In this document: piece after piece, positions 40,176 through 48,365 of the stretch | Position numbering within the stretch: position 1 is the stretch's first letter | Layout of the letters: every line of letters begins with the position of its first letter | Origin: Bacteroidales bacterium | GTDB lineage: Bacteria; Bacteroidota; Bacteroidia; Bacteroidales; UBA12077 | Assembly: GCA_028282585.1 (NCBI GenBank) | Contig: JANQHR010000149.1 | Location: 12,055-76,054 of the forward strand | DNA length: 64,000 nucleotides | Direction: 5' to 3' | The notes under the pieces: generated by a model | Database searches by the model: none | The model's input: only the letters and a program-made list of their open reading frames with translations | What the model was told of the DNA's origin: nothing | Made by a program: the position numbers and the translations under genes

Positions 40176-40829
40176 ATGGATGATAAGATAAGAACCAAAA
40201 AAGAAAAGACTTATTGGAATAAGTTAAGTGTTAACTACGATAGATTTATCCAGAAACATTGGAATATTTATAATACAGTATTGCTTGAGAAGATTGAAAA
40301 TAATGTAAAATCAGGTGCAGTTGTTTTAGATGTTGCGTGCGGAACCGGATTGGTTTCGGAAAAAATTGCAGGAAAATCGAAAGAAGTTATTAGTGTTGAC
40401 ATGAGCGAAAACATGATAGCGCAAGCAAACATTAAAAAAGAACAAAATCAACCGAATAACATAAGCTTTAATGTAGAAGATGCCTACAAATTGTCTCTCG
40501 ATGAAAACTCATGCGACACGGTAGTATGTATTAATGCCCTACACAATACGAAACACCCTGAAAAAGCTTTTTCAGAGATTAAACGGGTACTAAAACCCGA
40601 AGGTAAACTAATTGTTTCCATTGTTGGCTTAGGTACATCTTTTAAAATTAAGGTAATGTTTTCGATTGTTAACCTTTTACAAAAAACGCCTCTCCCTGTC
40701 TTTCATAATCTCAACCTAAAGCAAGCCGTAAACCTGGTAAAAGATGCCGGGTTTAAAGTAGAAAATAGTGAACTGCTTAAAGACAAAAATGATATGATGC
40801 CACTGTTGTTTATTGTCGCCAACCATTAA
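40176..40829 (+). CDS. Class I SAM-dependent methyltransferase
   Basis: VLDVACGTG, DMSENMI, RVLKPEG. Confidence 0.9.
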   Translation: MDDKIRTKKEKTYWNKLSVNYDRFIQKHWNIYNTVLLEKIENNVKSGAVVLDVACGTGLVSEKIAGKSKEVISVDMSENMIAQANIKKEQNQPNNISFNVEDAYKLSLDENSCDTVVCINALHNTKHPEKAFSEIKRVLKPEGKLIVSIVGLGTSFKIKVMFSIVNLLQKTPLPVFHNLNLKQAVNLVKDAGFKVENSELLKDKNDMMPLLFIVANH

Positions 40830-41056
40830 GTAATAGTAAGGATGAGAATTACGTCCTGTTCCATTCAGCTAAACAGTGAACAAAAAATCGTGTGCTATCA
40901 TCATAACGGGTATTTGGGAAAAACAATTTTTTAGAAGCTTAGGAGCAGGTGCTTGCTCTGCTTGTTTATCAAAGAAAAAGTTACAATTTGATACTTGATT
41001 TTAGGGGATCTTTGTTTATTCTCAAAACTTTTGAAATAGATGAGATTGTAACCTTC

Positions 41057-42067
41057 TTAGACAAGTTGTAGACTATGCCTTTTTCTAAAATCCTGCGGCG
41101 TAACACTAAATTTACGCCTGAAAGCAGTTGTAAAATGCGAAGCATACTCATAGCCACATTGGTCTGCTATGTCAACTATGTTCTTTTTGGTATCCAGCAA
41201 CAGCTTACAGGCTAAGTCCATTTTGTAATCGAACAGGTAACCGAATATGGTATGATTATAAACTTCTTTAAAACCATATTTCAACTTATTCTCATTTATA
41301 CCCACTTGTCTCGATAACTGTCTTATGGTTAATGATTGGTTTAAATCGGCAACAAGCAGTCTTTTTGCCTCATGAATCTTTTCTATATCCTGAGCATTCT
41401 TGCAATATGTATTACTATTCCCACCCTTACTTTCACTGCCCTGTTGCAATTGAAGAGCCAAAAGTTCCATTATCTTGGCTTCAGTATATATTTGGCTTGT
41501 CTTTCCCATCAATTTGGCATTTCGAATCTGGGAAATAGTTTGCATCATTTCCATTGAAGTAAATCGGTATTGAGGATTCAAACTAAACGATTTTCCAGAA
41601 ATAAATTTTATGTAAATTTCATCTAAAAGTTCAGGATATTTGTTTGTAATCTCTTTCATGAAACCATCATAAAAATAGATAGCAAACCCCGATGTTTTTA
41701 CATCTTTCTTGTAAGTTGAATATCCAAAATACCCACTGTTTAATGACCAGATATTATTTGTTCCGCCGTTAGAAATTACTCTCTTATTGTTGCCTGTCTC
41801 GTATTCTACAGTCCCTTGTGACACAAAATCCATTGAGAACACCGGTTCTGAATTATAGCCGGATATTCGCACGTCCTCATAAAACATATTATTTGCTTCA
41901 ATAATGCTAAAACCAGGAGTATTCTCCAGTTTAAAATTAAAAAACCCCAACTCATCTAACTTCTTACCATTACTGCTCCCTTCAAAAAGATTGTTACCTG
42001 ATACAAGTTTTCCTTCGTATTCAAGTTCAGAAATATTATATTCTTTTATGTTTAAACAATACTTCAT
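41057..42067 (-). CDS. AraC family regulator, PchR/YbtA-like
   Basis: EAKIMELLALQ, LSRQVGINENKLKYGFKEVY, GYEYASHFTTAFRRKF; divergent from a TonB receptor gene. Confidence 0.9.
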   Translation of the reverse strand: MKYCLNIKEYNISELEYEGKLVSGNNLFEGSSNGKKLDELGFFNFKLENTPGFSIIEANNMFYEDVRISGYNSEPVFSMDFVSQGTVEYETGNNKRVISNGGTNNIWSLNSGYFGYSTYKKDVKTSGFAIYFYDGFMKEITNKYPELLDEIYIKFISGKSFSLNPQYRFTSMEMMQTISQIRNAKLMGKTSQIYTEAKIMELLALQLQQGSESKGGNSNTYCKNAQDIEKIHEAKRLLVADLNQSLTIRQLSRQVGINENKLKYGFKEVYNHTIFGYLFDYKMDLACKLLLDTKKNIVDIADQCGYEYASHFTTAFRRKFSVTPQDFRKRHSLQLV

Positions 42068-42139
42068 ATTCTTATAGTCAAAAGTTATTAGATAAAATAT
42101 GAAGCTCTCATAGTTTATGTACGAACTCCCAGCTTCTTC

Positions 42140-42209
42140 TTTTCTCCTTTAGATTAAATTTTTTCTCCTTCTTGTTTAAGCACCTGCTAAACGCTACTAA
42201 ATACTTTTG
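42140..42209 (+). promoter_or_regulatory. Putative AraC-activated promoter
   Basis: TTTTCTCCTT direct repeats at 42140 and 42161 (21-bp period), upstream of a TAnnTTTG -7 element (TACTTTTG 42202-42209). Confidence 0.55.
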
Positions 42210-42263
42210 CATTGTTTTTATTTAGTTTAAATATCCAAAAGTAGGATTGTAATGGGTTTCATG

Positions 42264-42286
42264 CAATAACCAAATGTTATGATTTT
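42264..42286 (-). promoter_or_regulatory. 23-bp conserved box, copy 4 (reverse strand)
   Basis: Reverse complement reads AAAATCATAACATTTGGTTATTG. Confidence 0.55.
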
Positions 42287-42402
42287 TAAATCCACTAACA
42301 TACAGTCTTTTGCGGGATATATTTAAACATTAAATAGATGAGAAATTGATAGGGTTTCACATAATATAAGTAACGTCTAATTGATAGTAAGTTTCACAGC
42401 AT

Positions 42403-44739
42403 ATGCAGTCTAAAATCTGTTTTTTATCTTTTTTAATATTACTGATAACCATATCGACAAATATATCAGCACATACCCTAATCACAGGTACTGTAATAGA
42501 TGCAGAAACCAATGAACCAATGGTTGGCGTAAGCGTCGCCATTAAAGAAACTCAGCAAGGAACTATTACCGACGAAGAAGGTAAATACAGTATTTCAGTA
42601 CATCACGGAAAATATACGGTAGTATTCTCTTATATTGGTCGCGAAAGTTCTGAAAAACAAATCAATTGTTATAAACCAGAGCTGGTACTCAACATAATAC
42701 TTAAACCATCGGCACTGAAATTAGATGAAGTAACGGTAACAGCTAAGTCCAAGGCCCGGCAAGTAAGAGAGCAAGCAATTCCTGTTTCTGTAATTTCTCT
42801 TGATAAGATTCAAGGAAGCGTTAGTAATGTTAGCGAGTTATTAAGTAAAACAGCCGGAGTAAAAATTCGTAGTACGGGTGGCGTGGGAAGCGCTTCACGT
42901 ATTTCGGTCAGAGGGCTTGAAGGCAAACGTGTAGGTTTCTTTGTCGATGAAACACCACTAAGCGAACAGTCCGACCATATAGGCTTTAATGAGGTTCCGC
43001 TTGATATCATTGAACGCATTGAAATTTACAAAGGTATTGTACCTGCAAAATTTGGGGGCTCAGCAATCGGGGGAGCGGTTAATATAGTGCTGAAAGAATA
43101 TCCTCCAAAATACATAGACTTTTCGTATGGCTTGCAAACATACAACACACATAATGCCAATATTCTATTTAAACGGAATAACCAAAATTCAGGAATAGAA
43201 TATGGAGTTGCAGGCTTTTATACTTATTCTGATAATAACTACACATTTAAAGCACCCAATAATAGCGAACTGAAAATAACAAGAGACCACGACTCCTACG
43301 ATAAAAAACTGTTCGGGGGCGTTTTTACGGCAAAAAAATGGTGGTTCGATGAAGTCAGTTTTGACTTTGCCTTCATATCAACGAAAAAGGAAATACAAGG
43401 AATTACTCATAATATACAAGAAGCCGAAAATAGTTCAAACGCTTTCTTCATAGCCAATGAAACAGAAAAAGATAATTTTTTGATTGAAGGCCTGGATTTA
43501 GACTTCAAGTTATCTTATGCTTACACTATTTACAAATTCCGTGACAAAGCCATGCAACGATACAATTGGGATAAAACCACTTATTTGCCAGTTACAGAAT
43601 TTGGCGGAGAAATAGGCAATGACGCCAATGATGCATACAATCAAAAACATACAATTTTACAAAAAACAAACCTGAACTACATCTTAAACGAATTTAGCTC
43701 CTTGAATCTGAATACAGTCTATAGTCATGCTTATGGAATCCCAAAAGATACCTTAAAAGATAAATCATTAGGATATAAAACGAATTATAACAGTCGAATG
43801 AACAGTTTTATATCGGGACTGAATTACGAGATTAACTTGTTCAGGAAAAAGCTTACAAACTCTGCAACAATCAAATATTATTATTACGACATAAATACAA
43901 CACTGGTTGAGATGTTTTCTAAAGATGTGAAAGCACACGATTACCATAAAAATGATTTTGGCTTTAGTAATGCCCTCAGATACAAGTTTACACCAAGATT
44001 TTTGATAAAAGCATCGTACGGTTACGATGTACGCCTTCCTTCTGAACACGAATTATTGGGCGATGGGTTTATGACCATGCCGGCAGGTGATTTGGAACCA
44101 GAAAGGAACAGTAGTTTCAACTTCGGGTTTATGTACGACCATACAAATAAACGAAGCAACAGATTCCAGTTTGAGATGAATTTCTTCTATATGAAATTAG
44201 AAAATATGATACGTTATGTAGGGAGTTTCCTGCAATCGAATTACGAAAACTTTGGGGAAATGAGAACAATAGGTGGAGATATAGATGTAAAATATGACCT
44301 TACCTCATTCATTTATATTTATGGCAATGCAACCTATCAGGATCTAAGAGATACACGAAAATATGAGGCTGGTTCAGCAACTAAAAAGAATCCATTTGAA
44401 GGAGACCGGATGCCAAATATCCCCTATTTATTTTCTAATGTCGGGGTCGAATTGCACAAAAAGAATCTCTTTGGCGGAAAAGAACAGGAAAGCAAGTTCT
44501 ATTTCGAAAACTCTTTTGTAGAAGAATATTTCTATGATTTTGAGCAAACAGAATTAGACAAAAGACGTATTCCCCGTTCTTCAATCTTTAATATGGGCCT
44601 GGAACATAGCTTTAAAAATAAAAACATAATGATTGGCCTTCAGGCCAACAATATTTTCGACTCAGAACAAATAACAATTTTCAACCGCCCCATGCCGGGG
44701 CGAACGGGGGGAATCAGGCTTCGATATATCATAAAATAA
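42403..44739 (+). CDS. TonB-dependent receptor, siderophore-uptake-like
   Basis: LDEVTVTA, GVKIRSTGGVGS, IERIEIYKGIVP, RPMPGR. Confidence 0.9.
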   Translation: MQSKICFLSFLILLITISTNISAHTLITGTVIDAETNEPMVGVSVAIKETQQGTITDEEGKYSISVHHGKYTVVFSYIGRESSEKQINCYKPELVLNIILKPSALKLDEVTVTAKSKARQVREQAIPVSVISLDKIQGSVSNVSELLSKTAGVKIRSTGGVGSASRISVRGLEGKRVGFFVDETPLSEQSDHIGFNEVPLDIIERIEIYKGIVPAKFGGSAIGGAVNIVLKEYPPKYIDFSYGLQTYNTHNANILFKRNNQNSGIEYGVAGFYTYSDNNYTFKAPNNSELKITRDHDSYDKKLFGGVFTAKKWWFDEVSFDFAFISTKKEIQGITHNIQEAENSSNAFFIANETEKDNFLIEGLDLDFKLSYAYTIYKFRDKAMQRYNWDKTTYLPVTEFGGEIGNDANDAYNQKHTILQKTNLNYILNEFSSLNLNTVYSHAYGIPKDTLKDKSLGYKTNYNSRMNSFISGLNYEINLFRKKLTNSATIKYYYYDINTTLVEMFSKDVKAHDYHKNDFGFSNALRYKFTPRFLIKASYGYDVRLPSEHELLGDGFMTMPAGDLEPERNSSFNFGFMYDHTNKRSNRFQFEMNFFYMKLENMIRYVGSFLQSNYENFGEMRTIGGDIDVKYDLTSFIYIYGNATYQDLRDTRKYEAGSATKKNPFEGDRMPNIPYLFSNVGVELHKKNLFGGKEQESKFYFENSFVEEYFYDFEQTELDKRRIPRSSIFNMGLEHSFKNKNIMIGLQANNIFDSEQITIFNRPMPGRTGGIRLRYIIK

Positions 44740-44753
44740 GAAAGGAGATATAA

Positions 44754-45575
44754 ATGAAAAATAATAAACAGGGAATCAAATCAAACCTGAAAGAAGTTCC
44801 TGAAACAATGCTTATCACATTAAGGGCAAAATATCAGGAAACTAAAAGCCCGAACAGAATAATCAACGACTCAAAATCTGTAGAGATATTAGAGCAAATC
44901 GATTACGACTTTTCGGGTAAGAAAAAAGTTAAAAAAGCCACTCAAAAAGGGATTGTTATACGAACAGAGATCCTGGATGAGTTAACCAGTATTTTTCTAT
45001 CCACCAATAAAAATGCAGTGGTCGTAAACCTGGGGTGTGGGCTTGACTCTCGTTTTCAGAGGATCAGCAAAGAAGAGATAATCCGCTTCGATTTGGACCT
45101 GCCTGATGCCATTGAATTACGCAAACACTTCTTTAAAGAAAACGAACAGCTCACATTCATTCCCAAATCCATTCTCGATTTTTCATGGACAGATCTTATT
45201 CCAAAGAACCAACCCACTCTCTTTATAGCAGAAGGTTTATTAATGTATTTTACAGAGAAAGAAGTAAAATCAATAATTAAAACAATTGGAGATGAATTTC
45301 CCGGTTCTGAAATGATTTTTGATGCCATGCCAACTTTTGCTGTAAACAAAAAAAACATGCACCCCGATGTAAAAAATTACGAAGCGCAATTCAAATGGGG
45401 GATTAAAACAGGAAAAGAAATAGACCAATGGAATATGAGGGCTAAATTTCTAAATGAATATTTCATTTTTGACCGGTATAAAAATCATTGGCCTTTTATT
45501 CTAAAGGTTTTAATGCTTATCCCTGCATTTAGAAAATCGGGCAAAATTATTCATTTAAAATTTACTGCCATATAA
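44754..45575 (+). CDS. LCM/TcmP-like carboxyl O-methyltransferase
   Basis: VPETMLITL.A, VVNLGCGLDSRF, DLDLPD.IELR, FIAEGLLMYF. Confidence 0.88.
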   Translation: MKNNKQGIKSNLKEVPETMLITLRAKYQETKSPNRIINDSKSVEILEQIDYDFSGKKKVKKATQKGIVIRTEILDELTSIFLSTNKNAVVVNLGCGLDSRFQRISKEEIIRFDLDLPDAIELRKHFFKENEQLTFIPKSILDFSWTDLIPKNQPTLFIAEGLLMYFTEKEVKSIIKTIGDEFPGSEMIFDAMPTFAVNKKNMHPDVKNYEAQFKWGIKTGKEIDQWNMRAKFLNEYFIFDRYKNHWPFILKVLMLIPAFRKSGKIIHLKFTAI

Positions 45576-45623
45576 TACACTCACATCAAATAAGCTTAAT
45601 ATCAATTTTTAAACAGAAATAAT

Positions 45624-46847
45624 ATGAATACAAATCTTTTAAAATCAGGAATACTTTTTTTTGTATTAGGCATAGCCTTTATTTCTTGCGAAAAAGACGA
45701 AGACACACCTGAAGTATCAAAAGGCGAAATTTTAATGGTAACGGGCTTGATAAACCCTGACGGGCAGTCGGGAAGTAATTACCTGCAGTTGATAGATGAT
45801 ATAAGTTCTAAAAGCTATGACAATAGTTCGGCTTTTCAATTTGACCTTTACGACCAGTTTGTTATGCGAGGTGAAGATGTTTTTGTGTTGCCTTTATCCT
45901 CGAGCGACATAATAACCAAATATACCCGTGGTGCCAATAAAAAATTGAGTAAAACAGGTCAATTAGCTTTAGATGCCAATTCAATGCCAACATCAATAGT
46001 TATTAAAAATACTACGAAAGGGTATGTAGCCTTAATGGGAAGACCGACCATTGTAATCATTAATCCCGAAACCATGCAAAAAACAGGCGAAATTGACATT
46101 ACAGAGTATGGCGTTACTGATGGAAACCCCGATGCAACGCAGATGCTTATAAGGGATAACAAACTATACGTTGCACTCAACCAAATGGTGGGTGGATTTT
46201 TTCCTTCTGCTGACAGACCTAAAACAGATGTACTGATTATCAATACCGAAACCGATGAAGTTGAAAAAATGATTACTGAAGAAAATACAGGAATGTCTCA
46301 GCCTGCCCGTCCACAGGAAAGCAAGCAAATTTTTATGGACGAGAATCAGGATATTTATATTGTATGTCAGGCAGGGTTTGGTTTAGTTGATTTACCCGGT
46401 CATAAATTTGGAATCTTACGTATTAAAAACGGGGAAACAGATTTCGACAATAGCTACAGCTTTAACCTAACAGATGCGACTATCGAAGGAGAAAGCAATA
46501 AAGCATCTTCCCTGCAATTTGTGCAGTATGCAGGCAATGGCAGATTATATGCAATGGCTACAATACCTGCATATTGGAGCAATCCTCCTGCTCCTCTTAC
46601 CGACAGGATTTGTATAGCAACAGAAATAGATTTGAAATCCAAAACCATAAAAAAACTCGACCTGCCAAGAAGCAATGGTTATTGTTCAATTGGCTTATAT
46701 AAGGATAAAGTAATGTTTGGTTTATCAACAAATTCCGAAGATGGCTTCTTTAGCCTGGATTTGAATACGGGAGAAGTCAGCTCAAATGCAGTAATCAAAA
46801 CTACAGGGGCACCTTACTTGTTCAGGCATTTTGGAGAGACATATTAA
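45624..46847 (+). CDS. Surface beta-propeller lipoprotein (DUF4374/XusB-like by context)
   Basis: Lipobox FISC-EKDED; INPETMQKTGEID, GILRIKNGETDFD; follows the TonB receptor. Confidence 0.65.
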   Translation: MNTNLLKSGILFFVLGIAFISCEKDEDTPEVSKGEILMVTGLINPDGQSGSNYLQLIDDISSKSYDNSSAFQFDLYDQFVMRGEDVFVLPLSSSDIITKYTRGANKKLSKTGQLALDANSMPTSIVIKNTTKGYVALMGRPTIVIINPETMQKTGEIDITEYGVTDGNPDATQMLIRDNKLYVALNQMVGGFFPSADRPKTDVLIINTETDEVEKMITEENTGMSQPARPQESKQIFMDENQDIYIVCQAGFGLVDLPGHKFGILRIKNGETDFDNSYSFNLTDATIEGESNKASSLQFVQYAGNGRLYAMATIPAYWSNPPAPLTDRICIATEIDLKSKTIKKLDLPRSNGYCSIGLYKDKVMFGLSTNSEDGFFSLDLNTGEVSSNAVIKTTGAPYLFRHFGETY

Positions 46848-47104
46848 AAAGCTCGAAGTAGGGAGTAATTTAGGATCAGAAGGAAATGGCAATATTCAAC
46901 ACTACTGTTTTGTTACTTTTCCCACTACAGCACTTCTGACTTCTTTTAATAACACAATTCAGAAGTTTAGATAAAAGCCAGGTTTTATTAATCTACTTTT
47001 AATTATTCTTTCATACAAATACGTTTTGTTGTTAAATTTTTAAATTGATGAAAGAAGAGATTTTATTAATAGAGTGCTTTTAATAATATTTGCCAGTACC
47101 ATTT

Positions 47105-47377
47105 TATAACCAAATTGCATTTGATGATGCTGTTAAAGTTGCAATTAAATTTGCTGAAAGCTGACAAGATACTTTGTTTATCATTATAACTGACCTCAGA
47201 AATGCAAACTCTGACTTAATAAAATCCAAAAAAGTAAATAAAATGTTTGACACCATTCAAAAAGCTAAGCATAGAAACGAATGTATATTTAACGGAATTA
47301 AACAAAGCGATAGTCCTTCTTAAGTAATTGAACGAATTAACTACGCACAAGGAATTACCATAAGTAATAAAGAGGCT
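47105..47377 (+). pseudogene. Alkaline phosphatase internal remnant
   Basis: YNQIAFDDAVKVAIKFAES*QDTLFIIITDLRNANSDL...VIERINYAQG resembles the AP segment around the TDH motif; two in-frame stops. Confidence 0.65.
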
Positions 47378-47402
47378 GTCCAAAAAGTAAAAGGACAGCC
47401 TC
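47369..47402. repeat. Hairpin repeat (IS-end-like), copy 1
   Basis: GAGGCTGTCC-AAAAAGTAAAA-GGACAGCCTC; 33 bp identical to 63905-63937. Confidence 0.8.
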
Positions 47403-47462
47403 ATTTAAATATTTTTTATCCTTATAAAAACTGTATCGTTTTTTTAGGGCTAGTCATTCGAT

Positions 47463-47485
47463 AAAATACCAACATTTTGGTATTG
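47463..47485 (+). promoter_or_regulatory. 23-bp conserved box, copy 5
   Basis: AAAATACCAACATTTTGGTATTG, containing a perfect 8-4-8 inverted repeat. Confidence 0.6.
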
Positions 47486-47849
47486 ATTCAAATTAATACT
47501 TTTCTAAAATTTGTAATGTAAATTATTTCGAAAAGATATTTTATAAAAGTGTTAGGTTTTTTATTGTAATCTTTAAAAGTAGGGAGTTATAGCGTAGGTC
47601 ATAGAATTAATTTTCTCTCTACTTTTTCTTTGTAAAATTTAGTAATTTTTAATACGGTTTAATTACCAACCTTTGTATTACTTCCTCAAGAAGTTAACAA
47701 AAAACAGATTACCTTAAACTAATTTGATTTAACAGTATTAATATTCTATAAGAAATAGAAAATAATAATCATTTAAATTAAACTAATCATAATAATTTTA
47801 GTCTTACAACATTAATTAACGCAAATTATATCTAAGATTTGTCGCCAAA

Positions 47850-48221
47850 ATGAAGAGGAATTTTTTAAACAAAATAAATCGCTTTATTTTATGTCTGTTT
47901 ATCGGATTGATAACCGGATATATTTTCAATTCTATATTTTTTCTTCATAGCCATACGGATCTTAATGGTAAGAAAATTCAGCACGCCCACCCCTATAAAA
48001 AAAGTTCGGATAACAACTCCTTACCAACTCACCATCATACTTCAGATGAAATCGTTTTTTTAGAATTTAGTTCAATACTATTTGAATTTACAAATGAAAT
48101 TGTGTTAGAACACTTTTCTAGTTTCGTTAGCACAATTTCTTCTTATGAATATTCGTTTAGCAAGAATTCGTATTTCTTCACTAAAAGTGCACGTGGTCCG
48201 CCAAATTTAATTTCAGCATAG
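47850..48221 (+). CDS. His-rich leader ORF ending in RGPP (putative arrest peptide), copy 2
   Basis: 123 aa; hydrophobic N-terminal helix, HSH-x9-HAHPY-x11-HHH, RGPP at 48192-48203. Confidence 0.75.
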   Translation: MKRNFLNKINRFILCLFIGLITGYIFNSIFFLHSHTDLNGKKIQHAHPYKKSSDNNSLPTHHHTSDEIVFLEFSSILFEFTNEIVLEHFSSFVSTISSYEYSFSKNSYFFTKSARGPPNLISA

Positions 48222-48365
48222 AATATTAATTTCATTGCTAATTTATTAATGTCAAATTCATTGCTTTTGATAAAGCATTGTATCGTATTATTTTATATAA
48301 TCTATTTTAAATTAATCCGAAAACTTAACCAGTATTCATGTGAATAGTACTAATTAATATAGAAA

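Noticed and set aside
28007-46847. Natural-product biosynthetic cluster or DNA-methylation defence island
   Set aside because: No scaffold synthase or precursor peptide seen; the methyltransferases lack DPPY/NPPY/PC DNA-MTase motifs.
47216-47404. Minus-strand 62-aa ORF
   Set aside because: Antisense to the alkaline phosphatase remnant and starts inside the repeat.
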